Assembly (NCBI GenBank): GCA_030704615.1
Contig: CM060732.1
Location: 31,682,001 to 31,746,000, forward strand
Direction: 5' to 3'
Source of the DNA: Takakia lepidozioides
Lineage: Eukaryota > Plantae > Bryophyta
Length of the DNA stretch: 64,000 nucleotides
In this document: positions 24,253 through 43,776 of the stretch, in pieces
Position numbering within the stretch: position 1 is the stretch's first letter
Layout: each line of letters opens with the position of its first letter
The notes under the pieces: generated by a model
The model's database searches: none
Told to the model about the DNA's origin: nothing
What the model saw: only the letters and a program-made list of their open reading frames with translations
Translations under genes and position numbers: made by a program

Positions 24253-24393
24253 CATTGTTTGTGCATAGCAACGTCACACAATTGTTTTTAGAATGATACT
24301 TCCTACAAAGAACCAAGAAGAGCTTAACGTTGGCTGTGCCGTGAGGGGTGTTGGAGTTTTCTATATCTGGGAAGATTGTTCATATCAAACCAA

Positions 24394-24460
24394 CCAGTAG
24401 CTCAGTTGGATACAGGCACTAAGTGCCACCCAAGGCGATTCTAGGTTGAAACTTCTCCCC
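24394..24460 (+). repeat. Degenerate tRNA-derived (SINE-head-like) sequence
   Basis: A-box TAGCTCAGTTGG and B-box-like GGTTGAAACT at roughly tRNA spacing; no intact cloverleaf. Confidence 0.35.
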
Positions 24461-26349
24461 CTTCCCTTGGGCAGTGTCTCATCTTACAGCGGTATCGGTG
24501 CCTTATTCCTTTTGTTATCCACCATCAGTTGGATAGAAGTATGCACTTCAGTCTGCTTACCATAGTTGTATGTCCCATCACTGCAAGAAAAGGACAGACA
24601 CATCGAAAGATCCGGGCGGGGGGGGGGGATGTGTTGCCATCTAATGTGCAGTGGAGGCATGGTAGCACAAGCAGCACAATTCCCCAGAGCTTTTGTCGAA
24701 GCTTAGCAATTCTGAACAACATTTTTCTCTCTGAGCATTGAACTAAAAGATTTGTTTTGGACTGTTGAAGGTGGGGCCTACTACCTTTGGAGTATCTGGG
24801 CAGTACTTTCACCATTTCTCATCTAGGTCACAAGGTCGAATCATGGCCAAGCTTGGCAGGTCCAACCACTGCTTTGCTGCTTGCTTCTCTCTTTTCATGG
24901 TTGTCCATGTATGGATGAATTATGAGAATTCAGGGTCTCTGCAAATGCCTTGAAGCTGTACTTCTCTGTGCTGCAATTGTCAAACTATCTTCCTCAATTG
25001 TTTGGCTTAACTTTCGCCATGAGATAACTACTCTTAACATTCCCATTTCTTTCAGTACTCTTTCATTTTCACAAAGGTAGCACCTATTCCTTATATTTCC
25101 GCCCAAACTGGGCGGGGAGTCTATGGCTAGAAGGCTATGGCAAAAAAGTCTCATAAGTACACTCTCATCAGTACTTTTTCATTCTTTATCTTCTGTAATC
25201 CCTTTCCCCCCTTGACAATGTAGTATTTTTTCATTCTTTTTCTTCTCTAATCCATTTTCCCTTCTGACAGTGCAGATGACAAACATACATAGTGGTTGTT
25301 TCTACAAAACATGTGGTGTTTTTCCTATTGAGATGAATGACCCTTCGCCTTGCAAATCTCACTCGCCCCCTTGGTAGGGTCCCCTGCTGCTGGTGTGCCT
25401 CTGCGGGTGTCGGAGGACACGTCCATTTGGTACACTACAAAAAATAACAAGGTACGAATTACGAAGGGTAGGACTTGTTACCTTGCCCAGTATGATCCTG
25501 CCACTGAGATCGGGGTCGTCTTTCTTTGTACCTCATTTGGATTTGCAGGGGTAAATACAAATAGATTCGTTCTTATTTATGGTGGGGCCGTAGACGAGGA
25601 AGGTCCTCCCTTGTCGGTGGTCATAAGACCTATGCTGCTTATAGTTCCTCCTGGTTCCTTCGATACGACATTTTATTTGAACATCTCGCACCTACTTAGG
25701 GTGAGGGTTGTTCATGTGGCTTCGAAGTTTACTGCGTTGAAGAAGCAGGTTTTTCCTAAGGCCCCTTCCCCACCTGTTGGCATCAGATAGCATACTTAGC
25801 AAACCCCCATCTAGAGGGGGGTCACATTAAATCCAGAGTCTGAGGCTGAGTTCTGGGTGCTGCACACACGCTACCATAAGGCGCGACCTATTGGGGATGG
25901 GGGTGGTGGTACTTGTTGCAGGGGGACATGGAACTGGGGCTGTTGGAGGGAGGGCCATTGGAGGGGAGGGGGTGGGGGTGGTGGGGTTCAGGTAACTGCA
26001 GCGGAGGGAGCTATGGGTGGAAGTGGTGGCAGTGTGGATGTTAGAGAGTTTCTTCTGCCTGATAGAAGGTGGAAGGGGGTGGAAGAAATGTGTTGCACCT
26101 TGGGGGAAGATTGGGCGATTCCGTATCAGATTCGATGTGCCCTTGGTCACTGAATCGCTTGGTACAGATTCCGACTCAGACTCCGAGACGGAAGACAACA
26201 TTCCAATCTCGGATTTTGTGTTGGGTGTACTACGTCTTTGTGATCTTACCTCCAACTTGGAGGGGTCCATTACGGAAGAGCCGAATGAGTTTGAACTAGA
26301 GAAGCAATTGATGGGTAATTTTTGTGGTAGTTTCCAAATCTATTGATAC

Positions 26350-29100
26350 ATGAATAAAATTGCTGCACCATTGAAAATGCAGACATGTTGCCAGAACATT
26401 GACCTTATGAATGTGCAATTGAATTGCAAGAAAGAGCTCAACCACCATTCGGCCCGATCTACAATTTATCTCAGACAGAGCTGGCTGCTTTACACGAATA
26501 CATTGATGAAAATTTGTCAAAGAATTTTATTTGACATTCGACATTCGAAATCATCCGCGGGAGCACTTATCTTATTTGTGAAGAAGAAAGACGGATCGTT
26601 ACGCATGTGTGTGGACTATCGTGGGCTCAACAAAGTCACTATAAAAAAATCGTTACCCACTACCGCTGATTTCTGGACTCCTCGAACAACTTGGACGAGC
26701 AAATTTTTTCACAAAGATCGACTTGAGAGGAGCTTACAACCTTGTACGAATAAAAGAAGGAGACGAATGGAAGACTGCTTTTCGCACAAGGTACGGACAT
26801 TTCGAATACAGTGTTATGCCTTTCGGTCTTACAAATGCTCCAGCAATTTTTTAACACATGATGAATGACATCTTTCGAGAATTTTTAGATGACTTTGTGG
26901 TCATCTATTTGGACGACATTTTAATATTTTCATAGAATGAAGAAGAACATGGTCGCCATGTACGCCTTGTCCTTGATAAATTCAGGGAAAAAAGACTATA
27001 TGTCAAGTTGAAAAAATGTCTTTTCCACCGATCTGAAGTCGAATTTTTGGGCTACATTATTTCTGACAAATGAGTCTTTATGGATCAGAAGAAAATACAA
27101 ACCATCATCGAGTGGATTAAACCAACTTCGGTCCGAAATGTACAATGTTTTCTAGGATTTGCAAATTTCTATAAAATATTCATCAAGGACTACTCCAAAA
27201 TTGTTGTACCATTGACACGACTCACAGGAAAGGACAAATTTGTGTGGGACGAGAAGGCTGACCAAACATTTGAAAGGCTCAAGCAGACATTTACAACGGC
27301 TCCAATACTGATACATGCAGACCTATCTAAACCATTCTTTTTGGAAGCAGATGCATCGGACTTTGCACTTGCCGCGATACTCTCTCAATATGGTACGGAT
27401 GGTCGACTTCACCCTGTTGGTTTTCGTTCTCGCAAATTTTCCGCTGCGGAGATCAATTATGAAATCCATGACAAAGAACTTCTAGCGATTATCAATGCTT
27501 TTGAGGAGTGGCGTCATCTATTGGAGGGAGCTAAACATCAGGTCACAGTCTATACCGATCACAAAAACCTCGAGTATTTTATGAGTGCTCGTGTTTTGAA
27601 TCGACGTCAAGCGAGATGGAGTATGTCACTAGCAAGGTTTGATTTTGTTATTACCTACCGTCCCTGACATCTTCAAGGAAATCCAGATGCTCTTTCTCGA
27701 CGATCGTATCTTGCGCCGAAAGAATGGGATGCAGTTTTTGACCAACAGAAATCCATCATCTTGAAACCAGCAAATCTCCAATTGAATATGTTATTCATGT
27801 CCACCTATGATGATGCAGAGATCATAAAGGAGATTCAGGAAGCACTGAAGAGCGACCAATTTGCTACGACACTACGAAGTCAACTAAATCGACCTCGAGA
27901 CAACCCATATATTACAAACGACTTCGAATTCAAATATGACTTACTTTATTTCAAGAGACTTCTCTATGCTCCTCCAGGACCTACACGACTTCAAATTCTT
28001 CAAACATGTCATGATCTTCCGGCTGCAGGACATTTCGACTTCAACAAAACAATGGAATTGATATCCAGGAACTATTGGTGGCCGCAGATGTGGAAACTCG
28101 TGATTTTTTTTATAAAATTTGCGACACGTGTGCTAGAGCGAAGGGACCACGACATCGACCTTACGGCCTTCTTCAACCATTACCCATTCCCTCTTCTTCA
28201 GCAATATCTACCACATTCATGGACTCTCGAAGGACATCGTATCTGATCGAGGACCACAGTTCATATCAAATTTCTGGAGGGGATTATTTCACATATTTGA
28301 TACTAAGATCAATCCCTCTACAGCTAATCATCCACAGACTGATGGTCAAACCGAATGTGGAAACCAGATTTTGGAGCAGTATCTTCGCTGTACCATAAAT
28401 TATCACCAAGATAATTGGATGGACCTTCTGTCATTAGCTGAGTTTGTCTACAACAACACTATACATTCTTCGACCAAGCAAACTCCATTTTTCTCCAATT
28501 ATGGTCATCATCCTCGAGCAAACCCTTTCCACATGAAGATTGTTGAAAGCTTTGCTGTTGAAAACCTTGCTACTCATCTTGCTACGATTCACAAGGAGCT
28601 TACATTCCACCTCGCAGAAGCTCAAAAACAATACAAGGAGTATGCAGATCAACGTCGCCAACTCCAACCCCAGTTCAAGGTCAGAGATCGTGTGTGGCTT
28701 CTTCGACGGGACATACAAACCTCGCGACCATCAAAGAAGTTGGATTATCAACGCCTGAGACCATTCAAAATTATTCGACAAATAAATCTGGTCAGTTTTC
28801 GGCTTGAACTCCCACGAAGTATGCGTATCCATCCAGTCTTTCATGTTTCATTATTAGAATTATATCATTCATCGAATATTCCAGGGAGAGTCTCCGTACC
28901 ATCTCTACCAATCGAAGTTAATCAGGAAATTGAATATGAAGTCGACGAAGTCCTAGACTCTCGCATCAAGTATAAACGTCTTGAGTATTTCGTACATTGG
29001 AAAGGCTACGACATCAGCGAACGAACGTGAGAACCTTCATTTAACCTCGCTAATGCTTCTGACAAAGTCCAAGAGTTTCATCAACGATATCCAGCTAAGA
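26350..29100 (+). pseudogene. Decayed Ty3/gypsy chromovirus pol (RT-RH-INT-chromodomain), Tcn1/Tf-like
   Basis: [19 protein letters not shown]; YLDD; EADASDFA; CHDLPAAGH; HPVFHVSLL; EYEVDEVLDSR..LEYFVHWKGY; many stops and frameshifts; probable LTR remnant at about 29100-29322. Confidence 0.92.
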
Positions 29101-29322
29101 CTTGAGCTTCACGTCAATAAGACGTCACAATGATGATGTCAGCCAAGTTATCTTCAAGGTGAAGACTCCACATTCAATGTACCTGATAGACGTTAAGGAG
29201 GGAGGAGCACCACACATTAGTATATATAGCTACACTTCCAGCACTCTTGCATCTTGTATTGGCAGTATGAAGTCACAGGAACCAAATACATTGAAGTTGT
29301 CGCTTATCCAGCTACCAGATCA

Positions 29323-29770
29323 GCTGTTCTGATGGCAAGTGGAGCCATTGTGGACTATATCATAATGGACAAAATTTTGTTCCCCCAGTGTGCCAATGTG
29401 TTGATCGACAGAACTGATATTGGTACCTCTGACCACTTCCTGGTTTGGACTGAGGTCAAAAGGTGTTTTCCCACCACCAAGAGATCTGTGAAACGTTCGA
29501 TTCGGAAGTGGCGCATAGAAGAATTCCACAATGAGGAGGTCAAGGCTGAGTACGTCCAGGCCTTGCAAGAGGCTCTCCCTTATTTTGTCCAATCGCTCCA
29601 AGAACTTCAGTCACGCTCTGTTAACGCAAGAAATGAAGTCGAAAGAGCAGTGAACTCTTGGGAGAGATTCGTTTCCTCCGTGGCTGACAAGATCATTGGG
29701 AGGAAACTAATTGTCTGCGGTAGAGCAGTTAATTGGTGGACCAATGAGATTAAACTCAAGATAGCTGACT
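29323..29770 (+). mobile_element. Non-LTR retrotransposon fragment (end of the AP-endonuclease domain and linker)
   Basis: IVDYIIMD...SDHFLV...KWRIEEF...NWWTNEIK. Confidence 0.7.
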
Positions 29771-30084
29771 GCATGGTCCCAAGTTCAAGGTGTTGGACAC
29801 TATCGATGGTTGTAGGGACCTATAAATCATTTGAGTCAAGAACGAAGAGCCGAATACTTGGCAAGTACCATTCGCCGGATTTTGGGTTTTCTCCAACTCT
29901 AAGCAAGTCCAAGATTTTACCGCTCCTCGAAGAACTCGGCGCTAGAGGAGGGGTGATATCACGGACATAGCCCAAATGAACTTACGCATTTTGATTTTTG
30001 AAGTTGTCTTCAAACATGATTTTGTTACCCTCTAGGTCCGAAGCCTCAACCTCCAACAGAATTATCCATGTATGGTCCCTAAAT

Positions 30085-31900
30085 GGAATGTTATCCTCAT
30101 CGGCATGTGCAATGCAGTTGCGTCTTCCTAGTGCGCATCATATGTGTCAGGGATGTAAGAATTGAAATAGACATTATTCTCAATCCTCTTTGTGGTAGTT
30201 TGTCAATCCACACGTCTTCACAAAATTAGCTCCATATACAGCATGGAATTTTGCCCATGTTGCTGGTCTCGGGTTTTGTCTCCGGTACCAGGCGTGTGCC
30301 TTAACAAATATATTCAGCTTGACCACCTCGATCATCTTGTCTCCTCCATACTCCCTTACCTCTCTAGCCATATGCCGAATCGATCCAACCAATGCTCTAC
30401 ATCCTCGCTCTCTCTCCCACTAAAGAAAATGTCTATTCTTGATGGGCTAGTCATGATTACCAGGACAGTGATGTGCCTGCTTTCACTATCCACTTTTAAC
30501 GAAATCAAGGAATGCGTATCCACCTATTGTTCAGCAATATCTCCACCAACACCTGAACCTACCCCATACAGCTACAACCACCCTACTACGTACCCTCCAC
30601 TATATAGCCACTCGGCCTCTCACTACCCTCATCCTAAACAAACGTAAGATCGAAAGCGGCCAATTGGGCACGCGGTAAGCCGAGCTACATAGATAGAGCC
30701 CACCCCCCAAAGGGAACAGTACCTGCAAGGGGAAGAGGTTTTTATGTACGCTCACTTTGGTTGGCGTCATATATATATATATCCCATTGCTAATGGGCAT
30801 ATACCACGTTGGATGTGGTTGTGGGTTCAAACCACGGTCTGGTGTGTCATGAAGGTGTCCACCTTTCAGCTGAAGGCAATGGCCTTGTGGTGAAATGACA
30901 CCATAAGTTACGCTCCCTTCAGGAGGCGTCAAATATATATATTTTTCTTTCCTAAGTACCCCCAACTCCTTGCCCAAGTCCGCGAAGTGTGCTGATTCTT
31001 CTTAATTTCCATACCGGTGCCATGTGATGAACTACGTCAGGCCAACGTTTGTGGTTGCCTCAAGGTCCTTTGGCAGTCTCAAATTACTTTCAAAAATTAA
31101 AAAAACAATTGGGACCGTCAGGCCAGCGCTTGCAATTGGCTGGCAGTCTGTGGCGGTCTCGATTACTAAAAATAATTGAAAACAAAAATTTACGTATCTC
31201 TTGATCGGTAGTATTGGCTGCGACAACTGATCCCAATTTTTTATGATTATTTTGAATAAATTAGGACTTCCATATGTTTTATGTCATTTGAGGCCACGTT
31301 GATTTTTTTCCATGTATTTTAGCTGAGGTAGTACATATTTTTATTCCCTATTATTTGTACTAATTTTTATATGAAATTGACATGATGCAGGCCCGCATCA
31401 GCGTCAGTCTGATAATTTGACTTGTATATGACGGTCTTTAGGATCCATTACATGTAAAACTGTCTCCAATTAGTGTTGTTTATCTCCCCCTTCCAATGTC
31501 TCAACAACCTACCATTTCCCTTTGCATTTCCCTTTCCATTTCCCCTACCTCACCTATGTTTGCCTCAAAACCACCTTCCAAAATTCTGATGGGTGGTCCC
31601 CAATTGAAATGTTGTCCTCATCGGCCCATGCAATGCAGCTGCGTCCTCCTGGTTCGCATCATATGTGTCATGGATGCTAGAATTGAAATACACTTTGTTC
31701 TCAGTTTTCTTGTGGTAGTTCATCAATCCACGCATCTTTGCAAAATTAGCTCCACATACGGCATTTGCCCTAAAGGTACATGATATTTGATTTATATACA
31801 GGCATTCTTCCCACAATGTCTGGTGCATCTCCTCCGTCCTAAGCCGGAAATGTCTATTCGTACAAGACGCGACGTCCATATATCCGTTCCTTGTCTACAC
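30085..31900 (-). repeat. Two diverged copies of a gag-like remnant (about 30085-30450 and 31605-31900)
   Basis: Shared TCCTCATCGGC...GCGCATCATATGTGTCA...AATTGAAATA block; minus-strand KAHAWY...PATWAKF resembles retrotransposon gag. Confidence 0.5.
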
Positions 31901-32607
31901 CTAGCGATCCATGGTGTTTCTTTGTGCTACCAGATTCACCTTGGCTACCATGTACATCAACTCAACAAATTTTGGAGAAATTCACCATATGACTAGAGAG
32001 ATTTTAATGTTTTAATAGGGGTTTTTGGGTTTTGCAAAGTATCAAATTTGAGCTTTGACCAAGCTATTTGAGTGAGGGGTTGATTTTTCTTGCTTCTGCC
32101 ACATATCCTACCCAACTTACTATTGTGAAAATTTCAAGCCAAACAACACTTGTTTTATTAGGGTCCTTTGTATGTGTTTTGGGGGTTGGGGGGGACGGGT
32201 GGGGGGTTCAAAATTACTTCCATAGCTTGGCATTTCAAGGTGAGCCCATTCCAAAAATTGACCCATCGATGATGAAATGTTTTACTCAATCCCTATGGTA
32301 AGGTTGTGGAATGCATTACTTATTGAGCCTGGTCAAGACAAATTTTAGATCAGGGTAGAATCTACAAAATTTACCACCAGAGTGAGCCCAACTATGGGCC
32401 AATTATGTCTCGCCATGTGGACAGTCAACTCAACATGGCCCTCTTGCATGCTCCAATTTGATGACCCATGCGTTTTCTAAAAAAATTACAGGTAGGAGAA
32501 TTCGATAAAATGCACTAGTTTGAATGTGAAAAGGTGGACCAAGTTGTCAGAATGTAAATGCAGTTGGAAACATTTAAAAAATACATAAAATAAGTCTAAT
32601 TCATCAA

Positions 32608-32643
32608 AACCCCAAACGGGTCTCTTGGGCCCTTGAGGGTTAA
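32608..32643 (-). mobile_element. Second piggyBac-family terminus (orphan end, reverse orientation)
   Basis: Reverse complement TTAA|CCCTCAAGGGCCCAAGAGACCCGTTTGGGGT versus TTAA|CCCCTCAAGGACGAGGCGACCCGTATCGGGT at 598. Confidence 0.65.
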
Positions 32644-35149
32644 GAGGTTATTTTCAGCTCTCACTATTAAGTAAGGGGCCTGATTTGTGAGCGGTTGCTC
32701 CGCCGGGTGTTTCCCTTTGTAGAAAGGAAAGATCTCAAGCTCTCAAGGGCTTCCTCCCTTTTTTCCAAAAGATAAAAAAAAAGAAAAGGAAGAAAGCAAG
32801 CCTTAACAATCTATGCATCTCCTTATATATGGTTATGCGTTTCTGAAGCAAGCTTCATTGATTTTTGTAGAGCTTCATCATCGAGGCAGACAGAAAGAAA
32901 CAGCGGCATTTCCGCACCAAAAGTTTTCTTTTTTTTCTTTTTTTGGAATATTTTTTGAATATTGTTTTTAAGAGAACAGGGACTTGGTTAGGTTTATTGC
33001 AAATTATTCGGGGAAGTTTTGCGAGATTGGGCAACTTGATTGAGTAGAGGGTTCATATATCCTAATAGGTATTTGAAGGGTTCCCCGTTCCCGCCCACGC
33101 TAACGGAGGCCCCGTAACAAGAAGCTAACGTCCAAACATTCCTTTACCTAACTATCTCCACAATCAAGCAACCACGTACAACACGCGGCACCTCCAGTTA
33201 CTGTGAACGTTACATACGCGGGCACAAACAGCGTGACCTGGCTAGTGGCGAAACTGCTGGCGAGCCAAATGCCGCACGTCATTGGCTCGCCACGCTGGCT
33301 ATACTTATCGCAGCGTCGAGGCGCCGCGCCCATTTGCCCCACCGGCAGAACACCCGCCACGTGTCCCCTACTCGTCAGAACATTTCTGGAGCCGGTCACG
33401 TTTCTTTGGGAATCCCCCCTGGCAGCCGGTTCCCAGGTCACCCGATGCTGGGTATATTCCGCACGTTGGATTTGTGGGCCAGGATAAGCGTGCATTAGCG
33501 ATGGATGACAGCATTCGTTGAGAGCGACGATGATGGATAAATTCATCTATTCCGGTGTGTATGTGGATGAATTTCTCACTGTGGATGGAAGTTGTGCCTA
33601 CCCGAAAGTCGGTAAACGGGAATATCCCAATTTGGGACGGGCAGGGGCAGAAAATAGATGTGACGGGGAGACATTTACTTTGGGGTAAACCGCAAGGCAC
33701 GGCATGTGGAAGTGACATATGGATTGGAACATGGATTGGAGCGCGGGTGGCCAGCAGCCAAGAAGGCTCGGTTGAAGAGACTCATTGCTGGAGCTCGCTC
33801 GATCTGCTGCTTATAATCACATGCGCGATCCCAGCATGTCCTGCATCACTGGACCTCTCAAATTCTCGACCTTTTTTGCCTTTCCTGTTGTGGCGTCTGT
33901 GTTGCGCTTGCGCCTGCGTGCATGGATTGCACCGCTGATGCTGCAGTGCTGTGAAGCACGAGGAAATTTTCAAGTTTGCCTGCGTGTTGCTCCGTTTCCA
34001 CTGGATCATACAGCTGAATCTGGTAGGACTTCTATATTTCTGTATGCTTTTCTTCAATATGCTTAGGAAAGTAGCGACTGGTGAGGAGTGCAGTAATTAA
34101 TGTTACACTGTTACGTCCGATGGAGAAGTGCGTGTAGTTTTTGCAGTACATGTGTGCAAACCTTGAAATTGTCAAAGAAGTTTCTTGATTAGGGGGCTGT
34201 CTTGGCCAGGAGAAATGATGCTTCTGTCCTTGCAGCCTCGTCGTTACCGTACCTTTCACCTGTTTTGATCGAATTAACTTCTGTAATAAATCTTCTGGTT
34301 GATCGGGGAGTAACAGACCAGTTGGACACTTCCCTTTTAAATCATAACTGGTTTCAATGTTTTTTTTGCATGCGCGGAAGTGCAGTGCTTTCCTATCTTT
34401 GCCTCTCATGATTTGTAGCGATCAATTCCCTTGTTTCCAGTAGACGGCATATCAGACCATTTGTCCTGGTGAACGTAGTGTCACCCAGGGTGTGATGCAC
34501 GTGTGTGTGGTTTAGAAAGGTCAATTCTTACCTAAAATCGAATGTAGATAAATTGGAACACGATAAGTACACACACTGGAGCAGATCAGGAGTATGATGC
34601 TATCTTTGATGATCACATATCCGTGCATTCAAAGAGGGCTAAATAGGTACGAACGGCATAAGAGTCTAATTGTGTTCAGCACAATGAATGTGATTGTCTT
34701 CCTGCATCTGGAAGTCGTCGTTAGATATGGAGAATTCTTTTGGTACGCCAAGGAGTGACAAAAAATGGACTAGCTTATCTCTCGTCATAGTTTTGTCGAT
34801 GATTCCTGTGACTGGTAGGCTATCTGTATACCAGAACCCAGGGACTCAATACATGTAAATGTAAAAGCCCCTGATTCCTTTGACAAATGACTCTAGCTGT
34901 AAAGAAAGAGAGACGTAAAGAAGAATCACGATAGGATTTGGGTTGCATCAACTTTGTCTGATCCTCTTTGATGTTTCCATTAGAACTTCAAAGTACATGT
35001 TCATATTCAGGAAGAGCTTCTCGACTGGGCTAGAAAGTAACTACCAATCCTACCACGTGGTTTAAGGAAGTGGAGAGATATATCATCGACATGGTCAGGT
35101 TGGAAATGTGTGTTGCAGACCACCACCTCTGTGGAGAAGAGAGTCTGCA

Positions 35150-41414
<6,265 letters not shown>

Positions 41415-42001
41415 AGCTCAGCCAACTTTGTACTATTCATCACTCGGTGTGGGCACCAACTACAGCCGCAAGGTTTGCCTGTGCTGTCCAATGCCAGGGA
41501 ATACTGGAGCCCATGTTTGGCTTTGGCACAGCAAGCCAAGTTTTGATTGAGTTATTCTTCAGTTTTTTTGTTGATCCTTATATGTGAGTGGTAATTGTTT
41601 CTCTCTAAAAAGAGAGATATGGATTGAAGTTAAATTTGGAAGCATTCAGCAATCCCTGCTTTGGTGCGCTGAGCTGGTTTGACATTTTACAGGTTGCAGT
41701 CTGCATAACACAGCTTCTATGTTGGACCTGCACATCCACATGTTGAGAGACACATGAGCTTTACCTTGATCAACTAAGTGGGCCCTATCCCTACAAAATC
41801 ATTTGCTCATGAACTTAAAAGTGTTGTGAAAACGTCCTTCATTCATCAACCAAGGTGCAACCATTGTGCAGCAGTCAAGTTCCTTGACATGTGCATGAGG
41901 GAATGGATTGCTGAAGTGAACTCTCCCATGTACCTGCATATGGCATGGAAGTCGACACAGATCCATATTCTGAACAGTGTGTGCTGAACTTTGGAGACGG
42001 A

Positions 42002-43309
42002 TCAGTACAACTGTGCAATCGCTGGGCAGCAATAGACCTCTACTTCCACCAGAGTTGCGTTTAGCTCCTCCCCAAATAAGGAATCTTTGCCATCAGCTCT
42101 TACTGCGTATGAAAGTCCTAGTCGTGATCGTGCCTCGCTCAGTTCTCCTCCCCCAGAATTAGTATCTGGGCCTGCAAATCCGCCCATCACTGGTGCACGG
42201 GGAGGGCCTATGAGCAACCCATCTGCCCCAAACTGGGGTCCACCTCTTGCATAGTCAAAGAGAGCTGCCCCGCTGCCTCCCACTTTGGGAAGCACAATTG
42301 GTGGTTGCCCCTCAGCTGGCCAGTAGAAGAGGAATGCATCAAATGTGTCATAATAGTCATCGGTGCTCCTGTACCAACACAAGCGCAGGAAAACCTCAGC
42401 TTTCATGACCATGGTCAAAGCAAGATGAACGACTGGAAGAACAGGATCAGACATATGATCCCTGAAGTGCCTTCCATAGAAAACTATAGTGGGGTGCAAA
42501 TGTACCTGTAGCCTTCAGGGTTGAAGGCCCCAAACTGGAAGCCATTGCTGGTGCGCCCGACAATCACACAAGGCCCTTTGAAGTCACAGTACTTGTGAAA
42601 TTGGGCAGCACTGAAGCCATCGAGGGATGCCTTGTAGCAGCACCGCAGTTCCCTCCCTGTCTCCCTTTGCAGTGAGTTCAAAAGCTGGATGCAATATGCC
42701 CTTTGTTTGTCTCTCTCTCTCTCTCTCTCTCTCCAGTAAACTCTGGTGGTAATTTGCCCACAAAATGCTCCCATCCTTGCGGAAACCAGGCTTTCAAATA
42801 AACAGGAAATAGACCGTATGCTAGAGTGTTTGTGTAAGGAGAAGACCTGCTAGAAAAGATTCGGCGAGAAGAGAGGGTGGGAAAGGTATGGCAATGTCAT
42901 GGAACTGGATATGTGGCTTGGTCGAGTCCTCGGCAGTCTTCCTTCCAAACAGGCCTCCAAACAAACACACAGCCGAATCGCTGCCATTGCAACCCGTTCT
43001 CCTTTCAATCACTAGCCCCCCAGCCTGGGATACAGAATTCTCTAAGAATGTGGAACGCAAGACGCTATACATACAAGAGGAATGCCTTCTATGCAGCTTG
43101 CCTACACCCAAACTTGAAGCGCCAGTGACTTGTGCAAGAGCAGTCCAGGAAGGGATTGGAAAACTGGCATGAGCTGGATGATGCAAGGTCGCGACCATGG
43201 TGTTCTTCGAGTTGGAAGGGACGAATTGGTCTGGAAGGCAGTATGCAACGCGTGAGCAGAGAGCTCCGGTGGCAGCCATGGGCTGCGAGATGACGAGGAG
43301 CAGCACCAT
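42002..43309 (-). CDS. TLDc-domain protein, 3 exons, probable plastid transit peptide
   Basis: Approximate exons 43309-42846, 42659-42506 ([23 protein letters not shown]...FGAFNPEGY) and 42368-42002 (AFLF...[12 protein letters not shown]...VEVEVY). Confidence 0.9.
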
Positions 43310-43399
43310 TAGTGAGGAGCAAAGAAACGGTGAGTACCTTCACGAAGGTATTCTTTATTACCTTGATGGAGGTAATTTTAATTGCTCTCTTTCCCTCTG

Positions 43400-43776
43400 A
43401 AAGAAGAGAGATTCATGCACCATACCCAACCTTATGTTCATGAACTCTGTATATGTTCACATGATGGTCACTGCGCCCCACGGAAAGGATACTTCTGCAG
43501 ACCTGGGAAAGTCTACCCGGATGCGCGTGTCTGCGGATATGAGGTAGGATATGATCTGTCACCTTCTCCCTCATGTTCAGTGGATGCTCCACCTCTACCT
43601 CCTCTAGGCCAATTGCCTTTACCATTGCTCAAGAAACTGACTTATCCGCTTCATTCCTTCATACTGGTGTAGTTGGACCCAAGAGCCAAGTTGGACCTCT
43701 CCTCTCACTATTAAGGGGCCTGATTTGTGAGCTGTCGCTCCCAGGTGTTTCCCTTTAAAAAAAATTAAAAAAACAA
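43400..43776 (+). repeat. Probable 3' end of a non-LTR retroelement with A-rich tail; related copy at about 32655-32800
   Basis: Shared CTCTCACTATTAA..GGGGCCTGATTTGTGAGC...GGTGTTTCCCTTT followed by A-rich tails at both sites; left boundary uncertain. Confidence 0.5.

Noticed and set aside
598-32643. A single 32-kb piggyBac bounded by the similar ends at 602 and 32639, carrying a host gene
   Set aside because: The PPR frame broken at 601 resumes at 15739, not at 32640, so the true right end is 15738.
33354-33366. ABRE/G-box (GCCACGTGTC) upstream of GDH
   Set aside because: A single short motif, not distinguishable from chance.
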